Shown here: positions 1-10,553 of the stretch, piece by piece | How positions within the stretch are numbered: the stretch's first letter is position 1 | Layout: each line of letters opens with the position of its first letter | Origin: a virus | Strand: one strand, 5' to 3' | IMG/VR virus record: IMGVR_UViG_3300042890_001842 | Span: 48,012 to 112,011 of that record | DNA length: 64,000 nt | The notes under the pieces: generated by a model | The model's input: the letters and a program-made list of their open reading frames with translations, nothing else | Database searches by the model: none | What the model was told of the DNA's origin: nothing | Translations under genes and position numbers: made by a program

Positions 1-371
1 TCTGATTCTTCACTACCTACTTCAATAACCTTAGATCTGTCTAGACCATAATTATCAAATACGTCTGGGCTGGTAATGTGACGTCTTTTATTCTGTGATA
101 TTAAATATATTTTACCATCTGATATATCCTTTATCAAAGTGCCATCACGAAACCCAAGCTTGCCAACAACTTTATACTTTGACAATGCTGATTCTGCAGC
201 ATCAACTGTTGTAAAAGACCATGAGCTTGCAGCCCTATTTGAAATAAGCCTGTAAAGCTTTCCATCTTTAACCCAGTAAGTATTCTTATCTGTTTTTACA
301 GCAATTCCAGAAGGAAAGCTAGTTGATTTTACTATTAAGCTCTTCTTTGTATTCTTGAATAGCTTGTTCAC
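1..371 (-). CDS. Hypothetical phage protein, 3'-truncated by the window edge (not in ORF track)
   Basis: GTG at 371 preceded by AAGGG. The frame VNKLFKNTKKSLIVKSTSFPSGIAVKTDKNTYWVKDGK... stays open to the window end. Confidence 0.7.
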   Translation of the reverse strand, partial: MNKLFKNTKKSLIVKSTSFPSGIAVKTDKNTYWVKDGKLYRLISNRAASSWSFTTVDAAESALSKYKVVGKLGFRDGTLIKDISDGKIYLISQNKRRHITSPDVFDNYGLDRSKVIEVGSEES

Positions 372-501
372 GCTGTCCCTTTTCATTTATTAGCTCTGTA
401 ACCTCTGCACGAAGTACTGCTATCTGTGTCTCATAATTTGAAACAAGTTCACCAATTCTTTGTTGGAGTGCTGTTACAATAAGTTCAATCTTTTCTGTCA
501 C
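319..501 (-). CDS. Small coiled-coil hypothetical protein
   Basis: 60 aa with heptad pattern; GTG start overlaps the upstream stop. Confidence 0.7.
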   Translation of the reverse strand: MTEKIELIVTALQQRIGELVSNYETQIAVLRAEVTELINEKGQREQAIQEYKEELNSKIN

Positions 502-716
502 TCAGGTAGCCCTTCTATTTCATTCATCAAAGCATCTATTTGAGCTTGACGAGTTGCAACTTCAGCATTTATTTCTGAAATTTTTGTTGCATTAGGAACA
601 GCTACAGCATTTTCAACAATTAGCTGAACTTCTGACGAATACTTATTATAAGTTAGTTGACGAATCTGTCCTCTTATAATATCTATCTTTTCTGCTCTTG
701 TTAGGTCATATATCAT
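498..716 (-). CDS. Small helical-hairpin protein, possibly a fibre chaperone; paralog of 772-987 and 32783-33013
   Basis: GGAGG SD; shared M.YDLT..EK..II motif. Confidence 0.7.
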   Translation of the reverse strand: MIYDLTRAEKIDIIRGQIRQLTYNKYSSEVQLIVENAVAVPNATKISEINAEVATRQAQIDALMNEIEGLPE

Positions 717-771
717 TTTATTCCTCCTTTCATATTATAGCATAAACATTAAAAATTTTGTATACCCTATT

Positions 772-987
772 TTAATCAATTTCATTTAATTTTATCGACA
801 ACGCCTCTATTCTTAGGCTACAGTCATTTATTTGATTTTGAAGATCCGTAATTATTGATTCTTTTGGATTAGAAACAGAAGATTCTTCAATCATTAAAAG
901 CTCAATATTGAATTTATGATTAGATAGACGCTTTAGGCTGCTACCTATAATTTCCTTTTTTTCATCATTTGTTAGATCATATGTCAT
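772..987 (-). CDS. Small helical-hairpin protein; paralog of 498-716
   Basis: AAGGAG SD; MTYDLTNDEKKEII versus MIYDLTRAEKIDII. Confidence 0.7.
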   Translation of the reverse strand: MTYDLTNDEKKEIIGSSLKRLSNHKFNIELLMIEESSVSNPKESIITDLQNQINDCSLRIEALSIKLNEID

Positions 988-1004
988 TTTTTACTCCTTT
1001 CATT

Positions 1005-4000
1005 TTATGTATAGGATGTCTCACTTGGAACCCATGCTGAATAAGCTGAGGATAGTCCACCAGTATTAGCTCTTACTCTTACTCTAGCATAGTTATTAGG
1101 AGATGCATATGGAGTAGTAAGCTGGTAAGAACCGTTAACAGTGGTAGACTGTGTATACGGTCCAGCCACAGTGGAAACTCCATTAGTAAAGCCAGTAGCA
1201 CTTTGTGCAGTATAGAATTCTATTGTAAATGTACTAGCTCCAGGATGAGACCATCCTACAGCTCCAATTCCACTAAATGTAACATTTGTTGGAGTAGCTG
1301 GCGCAGTTCCACCAAAGGTTGGGAAGTAAGGGAAGTAAGGTGGGAAGAATGGGAAGAACGGTGGGAAGAATGGGAAGAATGGATTAACAGCTGGACTTCC
1401 AGTATTTGCAGTAATAATTGTTGTTTGTCCAATATCATAATCTACTACACCAGTTGATGTTCTTATTGGATTTGGAGCAAGAAACATGTTTGCAGTAGCT
1501 CTTGGTGTATATCCTCCAGGAAGGCTAGTTGGGCCAGTTGTATTAAAATTGACACGGTATCTGCTATTATTAGATAGTGTAATTGGATAACTAGTTACAG
1601 CAGATCCACCACTAAGATAGGCAAAATTATTAGCTGCAGTAACAGCCATATTTATAATAAAAATATCAGCATACTGTTGTCCTGGATAAAACTTTGCTTC
1701 ATATTCCATTACATTTGTTGTAATTCCATACTGATGTCCTCTCCATCTTACAACATATGAAGATGAATCTCCAAAATAATGAAGTGAGGTTTGCTGCAGA
1801 TCTCTTGGCATTACGGCAAGGACTAATCCAGTTGTATTAGTTACTGAATCACTATCATTTCCAGTTACTTCAGTAGATGTTCCCAAACTTATATAACCAT
1901 TGGTAGATACGCTTATTCTATTACCAAGTGCAAATGTGTATGATGGGGTTGTCCATATAGCAGCAAAATTTGTATTTTGAGTAGGGGTATAAGTTTGACC
2001 AGGTTGTCTTGTAGCAACTAATTCTCCAACTGCAGGAGTTCTCCAAAAAGAAAATTGAAAACCTGCTCTGGTTCCAGGATCTGGTGCTGTATGAGCTGTT
2101 CCTGAAACAAATGGACCTGTTGTTTGAATCCCATTAGTTCCTCCAGCAGCATCCCAAGTTATACTATAAGATAAAAGTGTTGTTATTTCATTAGTAATAA
2201 CAACTTGATTTGGTAATACTCCGTTTGACCATGTAACTTCTGCACGTATTTTATAACCAATATCTGCAGCTTGAACTGTATATGTTGTGCCATTTGTTTG
2301 AACTATTGTACCACCAGCAAAAGTACCACCACTAGTGCCTCCGTCGTTTCTTCTCCAAACCCAAGTAGCTGTCGTAGCAGGGTTTCCAGTAGCATCTGTC
2401 TTTGAAAGAGTAAGATTAGATGATTGTGCACCTGTTCCAGAAATTGAGGCTGAACCTCCAGAAGGTGCTGTAGCAGTATAAGTAACAAATGTGCTAGACC
2501 AATTTGTAAATGTATTTAATGTGGCATTTCCATTTAAAGTTGTATTTCCTAAATTTTGATTTGAAGACCTAAGCCAAAAATTCCAAGATCCTGGTGAAGT
2601 GACAGGCAAAGATTCAAAAATGCTTCCAAGACTTGTTGATGCTGCATCGTAATACGTAGTATTTGCTGGAGCAAATCCTGATTGATTCCAGTATAACTGA
2701 TAATACGGACCTGTGCCAGTGGCAGAAAATGTAACATTAAAAATTTGTGTTCCTGAATTATATGTAACTCCAGATGGAGTTGGTATTGAGCCAAGAAGTG
2801 GATTTACGGTAACAGTTGTTGTTGACTGTACATTTCCAGGTTGAGCTGTTATAGTAATAGTTTTTGATCCAGTTGTAGCATAAGTATGTGCTCTACTTTG
2901 AGAAATAGTATTACCTGAAAATGAAGAATATGTTTCCGCGCTTGTGCCATCTCCCCAGTTTATTGTATATTGAGTAGGGTATCCAGATATTGAAAAATTG
3001 TAGGTTTTAGAAACGGTGGCCTGAACAAGAGGTGGAGAAACTCCATCAACACTAATAGCTCCTATTGAAACTGCAGGATCAACATTTGTATTAAGGTCTC
3101 CCCAGGTTGCAAATGCTTCTACTCCTGGGTCTGTTCCATTTTTTGCAGTTACTCTACATCTTACTTTAGTGGCATAAGTTGATGATGTAGGAATAACAAA
3201 TATATTTGAAGTGTTCCCAGACTCCGTCATGTTCCTATACCCGCTAAGAACTCCAGCGTCCTCATAATATTGCCATTGATATGAATATACAGTACTAGCA
3301 TTTACATTTGTCCAAGTTCCAGTGCTACATGTAAGCTGTACTCCTCTTGGCGCATATCCTCTACTGTTTAATGGTGTAACTGTAGGAGCAATTGTATTGA
3401 CTGGTAATACTCCTGTTGTTTGAAATGTTACGTTCCTTACTTGAAGTGTTGGGTTCGTAGATGTTTTCCAACCATCATTTGCTACCACTTCAATTCTTCC
3501 GTAATAAGTAGTATTTGTAGATAGGCCAGGACTGTCAGTTACTGTATAAACTCTAGTATTTACTGAGGGTATTGTTATTGGAGAAATTACATCAGGGCCA
3601 GTTGTGCTACCAGACCTTATTTTTAAAGTTTGACTATGTATATAAGTAGAATCAGTTATTCCTCCAACGGACCAAGTAAAAGTAACATCGTTATCCGTTA
3701 CGTTTGAAGTTGTTAATGAATCAACTGTATGTGATACTTTAGATAATCTAGCTGCGCTTACTATTGGAAAATTATAAATAGGAGAGTTTATATCTGAGGG
3801 GTCGGTATCTACTCTTATTCTTCCTCCAATATAATATCCTCCTTTTGCATCATCGTCAGTAACTGTGTAGGTAATTCCTGTAGATGCGTTTGAAGTATTG
3901 CCATAAAAAATAGTTGGTCCAGAAACTATTTCCCAATTTGCAATGCTGGTTTCAAGATTAATACTTCTAACTATCTGCATAGTATATTTTGTATTAGCAT

Positions 4001-4334
4001 CTCCAGTTGTATTTGTGTAACTTCCTCTAGTAAGAGTAACTACATTTCCGCCTTTAAATAAAGACGCTTCAATTGCAGAATCAGGTTCTGTATTTGTTGC
4101 ATTTCTTAAAGTTGGGAGAGTGCTAACTTCTGGACGAGGGATTGCACTATGTACTTTTCTCCACTCTGGAATTCCATCATTGCTGTATCCATTGGCATCA
4201 TATCGCCAAATTGATTTTACTGTTTGCCATTTAGCCGCTATAGAATTATTAAATCTGTAAAAATTTCTTACAGCTCTCCATTCTGGAGTTCCATCATTTG
4301 CATATCCGTTGCTATCGTATCTATAGATTGGCAT
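1005..4334 (-). CDS. Tail fibre / receptor-binding protein with Ig-like, FN3 and PKD-type domains and a short Pro-Phe repeat
   Basis: 1109 aa, T/S/G-rich. PKD-like INWGDG...HTYATTG; Ig-like TCSTGTW...YQWQ; PFFPFFPPFFPFFPPYFPYFP near the C-terminus; last large gene of the tail module. Confidence 0.75.
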   Translation of the reverse strand: MPIYRYDSNGYANDGTPEWRAVRNFYRFNNSIAAKWQTVKSIWRYDANGYSNDGIPEWRKVHSAIPRPEVSTLPTLRNATNTEPDSAIEASLFKGGNVVTLTRGSYTNTTGDANTKYTMQIVRSINLETSIANWEIVSGPTIFYGNTSNASTGITYTVTDDDAKGGYYIGGRIRVDTDPSDINSPIYNFPIVSAARLSKVSHTVDSLTTSNVTDNDVTFTWSVGGITDSTYIHSQTLKIRSGSTTGPDVISPITIPSVNTRVYTVTDSPGLSTNTTYYGRIEVVANDGWKTSTNPTLQVRNVTFQTTGVLPVNTIAPTVTPLNSRGYAPRGVQLTCSTGTWTNVNASTVYSYQWQYYEDAGVLSGYRNMTESGNTSNIFVIPTSSTYATKVRCRVTAKNGTDPGVEAFATWGDLNTNVDPAVSIGAISVDGVSPPLVQATVSKTYNFSISGYPTQYTINWGDGTSAETYSSFSGNTISQSRAHTYATTGSKTITITAQPGNVQSTTTVTVNPLLGSIPTPSGVTYNSGTQIFNVTFSATGTGPYYQLYWNQSGFAPANTTYYDAASTSLGSIFESLPVTSPGSWNFWLRSSNQNLGNTTLNGNATLNTFTNWSSTFVTYTATAPSGGSASISGTGAQSSNLTLSKTDATGNPATTATWVWRRNDGGTSGGTFAGGTIVQTNGTTYTVQAADIGYKIRAEVTWSNGVLPNQVVITNEITTLLSYSITWDAAGGTNGIQTTGPFVSGTAHTAPDPGTRAGFQFSFWRTPAVGELVATRQPGQTYTPTQNTNFAAIWTTPSYTFALGNRISVSTNGYISLGTSTEVTGNDSDSVTNTTGLVLAVMPRDLQQTSLHYFGDSSSYVVRWRGHQYGITTNVMEYEAKFYPGQQYADIFIINMAVTAANNFAYLSGGSAVTSYPITLSNNSRYRVNFNTTGPTSLPGGYTPRATANMFLAPNPIRTSTGVVDYDIGQTTIITANTGSPAVNPFFPFFPPFFPFFPPYFPYFPTFGGTAPATPTNVTFSGIGAVGWSHPGASTFTIEFYTAQSATGFTNGVSTVAGPYTQSTTVNGSYQLTTPYASPNNYARVRVRANTGGLSSAYSAWVPSETSYT
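1320..1382 (-). repeat. Short copy (21 codons) of the Pro/Phe/Tyr repeat
   Basis: Same 9/12-bp units as 39073-39789; 1313-1335 is identical to 39066-39088. Confidence 0.9.
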
Positions 4335-4344
4335 AGTTATCTAA

Positions 4345-7300
4345 TTATACTAAACTCATGTATAAATCACCAGTAGAAAAATTCCCTGGATTTGTAGATG
4401 TATATCTTGGAACACCACCAACAAAACCTTGTGTTGATCCTGGGTTAGCGGCATTAAATGCATATCTTGAAGTAATTGTTGAGTTTGGAGTAGTGCTGCC
4501 TCCGTACCAAATTGCTCTACCTGTAACTATTTTTCCATCTGGAATACCGCCAACAACTGCTGGATTAATAATTCTAGTAACTGTTGGGTCTCCAGCAGTA
4601 CCATCATCTCCTCCAGTTGTGTCTGCAAGAACAAGATTTGTTCCAGATATAGTTGTCGTACCTCCAGTTGGATTTGAAATGCTTAAATTTGTGCCATTAT
4701 ATAATAATGCTCCTTTTCCAAATTTAAAGTTTCCAGTGTCATAAATATAATCTGTTGTTGATCCAATATATAATCCATTTAGACCTGTGCCGCCTGCTGC
4801 CTGTCCGAAGGACATGGTTCCTCCGCCTGTAACTGTAATCTTTCCAACAATGTTAGCATTAGTTGCAGTTAAAGCTCCGTCTGCAGTAACTCTAAATGCT
4901 GCTGAGCTTCTTGTAGCAAATGCTTGTTGTCCAGACCACAAAACAACATCGCTTGCAGAAGTTGGAACTGTCATTCCAGTGCTGTACGCCAATGAAGATA
5001 TTGTAGTAGAAATAGCAATATAGTTAGATGATGAGTTTAAATCTATTACAGATCCGCTAGTGCTTTTATTTAGACCAGTTGATGAAATTGTCCATCCGCC
5101 AATAAATCCAGTTTTAAACATTGCAACACCATTTCTAGTTAATGCAAAGTTTGCTGTACCAAAAGCAGCTTGAGTAGCCTCTGTTCCAGTAAGTCCAGAA
5201 GTTGCTGCATCAGAATTTGGATATGCGCCAATTCCTCCAGCATTGAAAATCATTCTATCGCCAGATAATACTGTTGGAATTGCAGCATTTGATATGTACA
5301 AAGATGCTGAATCTATATTTATGTTACCAATTTTGCCACTACTTGCAGTAATCTTACCAGTTATATCAGCACTTGTAGCAGTTAATTTTCCATCTTGTGT
5401 TACCTTAAATAATCCACTGCCTGCGTTTATGAAATCTGCCGTTGTTCCAGAACCAACAAGAGATATATTGCTTGCTCTTACGGATCCATCTGGTTTTACC
5501 CAGAATGGAGCAACATCTGCTCCTCCACTTGTTGTACTGCCTGCCCAAAATGTATGGTTTCCAGTTGAAGATATTCCAGCATACAGATTGCCTGTTGCTC
5601 CAGTTCCTCTTTGTAATTTTGAAGAATCAACTGTCCATCCGCCAATGCTTGCAGATATTGTTGTAATTCTTCCAGTTGCAGCATCAATTATAGTATTGTT
5701 TCCAAATGTTAAACCTTTAGTATTTAATATATATCCAGCGGAAACGTTTAATAGAGCACCTGATTGTGCAGTTTGTTGTGCTTGAACTGGAATTGTATTA
5801 GTTGATGTTTGTGGATTTGCAACAATAGTAGATGCTGTTGTTCCAGTCTGTGTAATGAATGTTCCGTTAAATGCTGAAGAGTTAGCTCCAGTTAAACCAG
5901 ATACAGTTATTACAACTCCAGTTCCTAATCCATGTGCTGCTGATGTGGTGTATGTAGCCTGACCTGATGCACCACTATATGCGGTAACTGTAGGAGTAAT
6001 TTCTGTTCCGCTATATACAGAGCCATCAGTTACTTTAACGTTGCCTTGAAAATTACCACTTCGTGCATTTATTGCACCCGTTACAGTTAATGCATTTCCG
6101 TTCCAAGTTACAGTATTATTTGCAGCACCTACAGAAAATAATCCATTTGAAAACCAATAATTATTTGTACCTATATATATACCATCTAAAGATCCTGCTG
6201 TTGTTGGATTTACAGGAACATTAACAGGATTTACGCCTTTACCTATTAACATTGTTCCGCTATTTACTTTTACTGCTCCCTTAAAATCTCCATCAAAAGC
6301 ATTTATAGTTCCATTAACTGTCAAAGTTGATCCGTCAAAGTATAGTCTATCTCTTAAAGAAAATTTTCCATTAGTATCTAGATAAAAAGGAGTTCCTGGA
6401 TTTGTTCCAGCATCTGCATATGTACCAACTCCACTATAGAATTTAAATGGGTTGGCAGAAAGACCTGTTCCAGTAGCATCAATTTTAATAGCAGTATTTG
6501 AAGTTGATGTAGCTGATCCTGCCACTGGTGCTGTCGCTGATGTGTTGGCTGTAAGTCCAGTACCAGAAGCAAGAACTGTAAATGTATTTGAAGTTACAGA
6601 TTGTATTGACCTATCAGTTATATTAAATCCTAATGGAGTTAAGAATCTAGCAGTTACTAATGTCCCTGCAGCAAAACCATGATTTCCAGAAGTTGTATAA
6701 GTAATATTTGTTGCTGTTCCGTCAACAACTGCATTTATTACTACTGCAGATCTTGCTCCTACTGTAATAACATTATTTGAAAGAAGTCCACCAGCATTTA
6801 TCTGATCTCCTGTTATTTCTCCTCCCCTAATTACGTTTGCACGAACTGCGCCTGGGGCGATATCTCCATTATCTACTTTTAATGTTACTGCAGATCCTTC
6901 TGTTCCTAATGTAGCCGCTTCTCCGTCTGCATCTGTAGCTCTTATTCTTACGTAATATGTTGTGCCATATGTTAAAGGAGTTTGTGTTCCTGGCAATGTA
7001 TCTATAATTGCAAAAGTTCCTGTAACTCTTAAGGCTAAGTTAGCTGGAACTACAGATGTTATAGGGCTTGTTGACAGATAAACTTCATAATTTACTGGAT
7101 CTGCGTTTGAAATTGCTGTCCATTTAACTTCTAGGGCACCATACAAAGGATTTACAATTGCTGCTGGTGATGAGGCTGGAGGATTTCCGTCAGATGTGCC
7201 AACACCAGTAACAGAAACTGTCGATGAAGTTCTTGCTGTGCTAGATACACCATTAGAATCTTCAGCATAAACGTTTACATAATATGAACCAGCAGCAAGT

Positions 7301-9309
7301 CCGCCAAACGACATATTTGTACTAAATGAATATTCTGTAGAAACTAAAACATTTGGAGTTCCAGTTCTATATAATTCAACCTTGTATCTAGATATCGGTG
7401 CTCTTATTACAGATGGTGCTGTCCATGAAGCAACGGCTCCTGCTGTAGAAGCAGTTAGGGTAGCGGTTGCTGGAGGGTCTACTGCTAATGATCCAGTAGT
7501 AAAATTAACATCAGTAGAGTATGCGCTAGTATTATTTGCTGCATCTACTGATGCAACTGAAATATTGTATGTGGTTGAAGGGTTTAAGTCAAAGATTGTA
7601 TGCGTTGTACTTGTTGATACATATTTAACCAATTCTGTTGTGTATACAGATGATGCGCTTGGTTTATATCTTAAACGATATTCTTTTGTGTCACTTCCAG
7701 CTGACTGTGTTATGGTAGCCACTGCTTGATACTTTGATCCAGAAAGTGTTGGAGTTGCAACAGTCACTGTTGGTACTGGCGGTGGGGTTGTATCTAGGGT
7801 TACTGGATTTTGAGCTATCGTGGTTAATTCATTTGAATACAGTGATAAATCTCCGCAATCATTTGAAAATGCTAATCTAACATATATAGTTGTATATGTT
7901 GTATCTGCAACGTATACAGGAGTTACTCCAGATCCGCCAATCTCTGCAGCTGTTGGAGTTGTTGTTGGTTGTCCACTTGGATTTCCCCAGCTAGTTGCCC
8001 TCTTGTAAACTTTTGCATGTGTTGCTCCTGTTGGCAAAGTAAATTTAATGCTGAATCCGTCAGCCAATGCAGTTATATCAGATGCGCTTATCGTTGGTGT
8101 GACTCCAGATAGTGCACTAGTTCTTGTTGGTGTTGAAAAAGCTGTACCAGTATTGATATTGTCAGCTTTATCTGCTGATTTCCAAGTTCCAGTAAATGAT
8201 GTGTAAGCACATGAGCCAAATCTATTATATATATCAAGTGCAGATAATGTTAGTTTGCCTGCTACTAAATCACTTCTCCATACAAAGAATGTTCTTGTTG
8301 TAGTTACAGAATTTAGGACTCCAGTTAAATCAATTAAAAATCTTACGCTGTCATCACCAGTTGCAAATGTTGGAGTTAGTTCTAATGATGCACCATTCCA
8401 TGCTGAAGCAACTGAAACTACATTTGGCGGAGGAGTGACATCTATAGCATCAAAAATAGGATCAATTGGAGTAACTGAAACTGCATTACTGTAACCTGTT
8501 TGTTGACCATTTGTGCTAACAAAATAAGCTCTCACCCATCTTTTTTGAGCAGTTGCTGGAACTAATACTGGATTATCTGTAGACTTTTTAACAAAAGCCC
8601 AGCCAGTTGTCGGAGCAGTCAAACTGTTACTTACCACTTCTTCTATATATATTGCTTCGCAAAGCGTCATATCTTGAGCATTCCAAGACACTAAGTATGA
8701 AAAGTCATCTCCTACTACAGTTATAACTGGCGGATCAAGTGGGTTTGGTGCAACATCTGAAGTTATTGTAACTGGGTCGCTCTCAGTTTTATTTAAAGTA
8801 TCTATTGCAATTACTGTAACTGTAAATTGGCTCCTAAAAAATCCACCAAACTTCGCTTTATTATCTGCGCTTGTAAGTGTCCAAACTTGTGAACTTCCAG
8901 TTTTATTTATTCCAGTATGATAGAAATCTATTGGATTTGCACCATTTGTTATTGGTGTAAGTCTTATTAAATACTTATCTACGCCAGTATTGTTATTAGT
9001 TCCGTTATTTAATGTTGTATCATGATTAAATCTTACATGCAGTGTACCAGTTTTTTTACCAGTATCGTCAAGCCAAGTTCCAGTCAAATTTGTTACTGGT
9101 GAAGGCTTGGCTGCAGACTTTGACAAATACTCATATGTTGCAGACCAATTGTCTCCAACCAAATCATTTAACTTTTGATCTTCAAAAATCCATTGAAATT
9201 GAAATTTATATGGTGTTCCAACTTTTAACGGGCTAATATCAATAAAAATATATTCATTATTTTTATCTGGCTCACTTGGATTAAACTTTAAATCTTGTGG
9301 TCCTGCCAT
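4345..9309 (-). CDS. Central tail fibre / tail tip protein with fibronectin type III repeats
   Basis: 1654 aa. FN3 signatures (LNPSTTYNISVASVD, YYVRIRATD), then repeated G.I.A.SG.IGGW.I beta-helix-type motifs. Confidence 0.75.
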   Translation of the reverse strand: MAGPQDLKFNPSEPDKNNEYIFIDISPLKVGTPYKFQFQWIFEDQKLNDLVGDNWSATYEYLSKSAAKPSPVTNLTGTWLDDTGKKTGTLHVRFNHDTTLNNGTNNNTGVDKYLIRLTPITNGANPIDFYHTGINKTGSSQVWTLTSADNKAKFGGFFRSQFTVTVIAIDTLNKTESDPVTITSDVAPNPLDPPVITVVGDDFSYLVSWNAQDMTLCEAIYIEEVVSNSLTAPTTGWAFVKKSTDNPVLVPATAQKRWVRAYFVSTNGQQTGYSNAVSVTPIDPIFDAIDVTPPPNVVSVASAWNGASLELTPTFATGDDSVRFLIDLTGVLNSVTTTRTFFVWRSDLVAGKLTLSALDIYNRFGSCAYTSFTGTWKSADKADNINTGTAFSTPTRTSALSGVTPTISASDITALADGFSIKFTLPTGATHAKVYKRATSWGNPSGQPTTTPTAAEIGGSGVTPVYVADTTYTTIYVRLAFSNDCGDLSLYSNELTTIAQNPVTLDTTPPPVPTVTVATPTLSGSKYQAVATITQSAGSDTKEYRLRYKPSASSVYTTELVKYVSTSTTHTIFDLNPSTTYNISVASVDAANNTSAYSTDVNFTTGSLAVDPPATATLTASTAGAVASWTAPSVIRAPISRYKVELYRTGTPNVLVSTEYSFSTNMSFGGLAAGSYYVNVYAEDSNGVSSTARTSSTVSVTGVGTSDGNPPASSPAAIVNPLYGALEVKWTAISNADPVNYEVYLSTSPITSVVPANLALRVTGTFAIIDTLPGTQTPLTYGTTYYVRIRATDADGEAATLGTEGSAVTLKVDNGDIAPGAVRANVIRGGEITGDQINAGGLLSNNVITVGARSAVVINAVVDGTATNITYTTSGNHGFAAGTLVTARFLTPLGFNITDRSIQSVTSNTFTVLASGTGLTANTSATAPVAGSATSTSNTAIKIDATGTGLSANPFKFYSGVGTYADAGTNPGTPFYLDTNGKFSLRDRLYFDGSTLTVNGTINAFDGDFKGAVKVNSGTMLIGKGVNPVNVPVNPTTAGSLDGIYIGTNNYWFSNGLFSVGAANNTVTWNGNALTVTGAINARSGNFQGNVKVTDGSVYSGTEITPTVTAYSGASGQATYTTSAAHGLGTGVVITVSGLTGANSSAFNGTFITQTGTTASTIVANPQTSTNTIPVQAQQTAQSGALLNVSAGYILNTKGLTFGNNTIIDAATGRITTISASIGGWTVDSSKLQRGTGATGNLYAGISSTGNHTFWAGSTTSGGADVAPFWVKPDGSVRASNISLVGSGTTADFINAGSGLFKVTQDGKLTATSADITGKITASSGKIGNINIDSASLYISNAAIPTVLSGDRMIFNAGGIGAYPNSDAATSGLTGTEATQAAFGTANFALTRNGVAMFKTGFIGGWTISSTGLNKSTSGSVIDLNSSSNYIAISTTISSLAYSTGMTVPTSASDVVLWSGQQAFATRSSAAFRVTADGALTATNANIVGKITVTGGGTMSFGQAAGGTGLNGLYIGSTTDYIYDTGNFKFGKGALLYNGTNLSISNPTGGTTTISGTNLVLADTTGGDDGTAGDPTVTRIINPAVVGGIPDGKIVTGRAIWYGGSTTPNSTITSRYAFNAANPGSTQGFVGGVPRYTSTNPGNFSTGDLYMSLV

Positions 9310-10184
9310 CAGAAGTTAATACCCAACTTGTATTCTATATCTAATGGCCTTCCAGATAGCTTTACTATCTCAGATACAGTTGATCTTGCAATAATTCCAA
9401 ATGTTGGATCAAAACTATCTTCATCATTAATTCTAATTCCATCAAAGTAAACTGTTGTTGCTCCGCCTGCCTTTGCAGCAACAAATACAGAAACTTTTGA
9501 AATCAGTTGTCCAGGACTATTTACTGAAGTCATAGTTGATAAATTTCTAACTAAAATTTTATTTCCTGTGCCAGAATCAATATCTGCGCCGTCAAATGAA
9601 ACTTGATAGTATGAAGTATCTGAAGAATAGAATCTGACATTGATATAGTCTAGATTCAGGTCAGCTTGATTTATTGCAAGCGTTAGACTGTCATTTCCAC
9701 TGTATCCAGAAATATCTATAAAAGGAATTGACGATTTAAATTCTTTTGTTGTATTGGCTGTACATGTTACCTGTACCATAGATACTCCAATTCTTGGAGT
9801 TGGGGTTGATACTAATGCAGGATTTGCGCTTGATGAATCTGTCCATAACAAATTATCTTCAAAGTCTGCTATAAATTGGCTATCGTAATTATTTACAGAT
9901 GTTCTAGAACTTGGGTACAATCCAATCTCTCTAATCACGCCAGCGACATCTTGAGGAATTGTAGTTTTATAAACAACAGAATATGTAGTGTTCCCGCCAA
10001 CTGTTTGAATATCGATTCCGCCAAATGAAACTGGTAGGCGGTAGAATTCAAATCCTAACCTTGTATCATTTCCACTTACGTTTGGAGTTGTAGAGTCAAT
10101 GCCTATTGCAATACTCTGCTTATTAAATGAGTTCATTCCAGCAATACAGGAAGTTAAAAACCTTTTACCAAATTTAGTTATCAT
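9309..10184 (-). CDS. Virion structural (baseplate/tail collar-type) protein
   Basis: 291 aa in the tail operon; MITKFGKRF...IAIG...IREIGLY pattern; overlapping stop/start. Confidence 0.6.
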   Translation of the reverse strand: MITKFGKRFLTSCIAGMNSFNKQSIAIGIDSTTPNVSGNDTRLGFEFYRLPVSFGGIDIQTVGGNTTYSVVYKTTIPQDVAGVIREIGLYPSSRTSVNNYDSQFIADFEDNLLWTDSSSANPALVSTPTPRIGVSMVQVTCTANTTKEFKSSIPFIDISGYSGNDSLTLAINQADLNLDYINVRFYSSDTSYYQVSFDGADIDSGTGNKILVRNLSTMTSVNSPGQLISKVSVFVAAKAGGATTVYFDGIRINDEDSFDPTFGIIARSTVSEIVKLSGRPLDIEYKLGINF

Positions 10185-10537
10185 TGTGGGATTCTACCTC
10201 TTATTCCTTTTATTACTGAATCAGTTCTATCAATAATCTTTAATTTTAACTTAATTGTAGCAGGAACTGTGGAGTAGTCAAATTCTTCTGATACTATTGA
10301 TATATCTGAAAGCTGTGGTAGATACTTAGAAATTGATGGATCTTCTTCTCCACCATCATCTCCACCGTCAGATCCTCCAGGCAATCCATTAAACGAAAAT
10401 GCCGCTCTTCCAAGGCTGTTGCTGTACCTTAATTCGGTTGGATCTATTGTTGATGTTCTTGGATCTCCATAGGTAGCAAAAAGAGGAGGGTTCTTGTCTA
10501 CCTCATTTTTAGATATTTTTTTCTTATCCGTTGCCAT
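10181..10537 (-). CDS. Hypothetical tail-module protein, probably leaderless
   Basis: 118 aa; TGG-TATAAT lies 6 nt before the ATG. Confidence 0.65.
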   Translation of the reverse strand: MATDKKKISKNEVDKNPPLFATYGDPRTSTIDPTELRYSNSLGRAAFSFNGLPGGSDGGDDGGEEDPSISKYLPQLSDISIVSEEFDYSTVPATIKLKLKIIDRTDSVIKGIRGRIPQ

Positions 10538-10553
10538 TTTTTTATTATACCAT

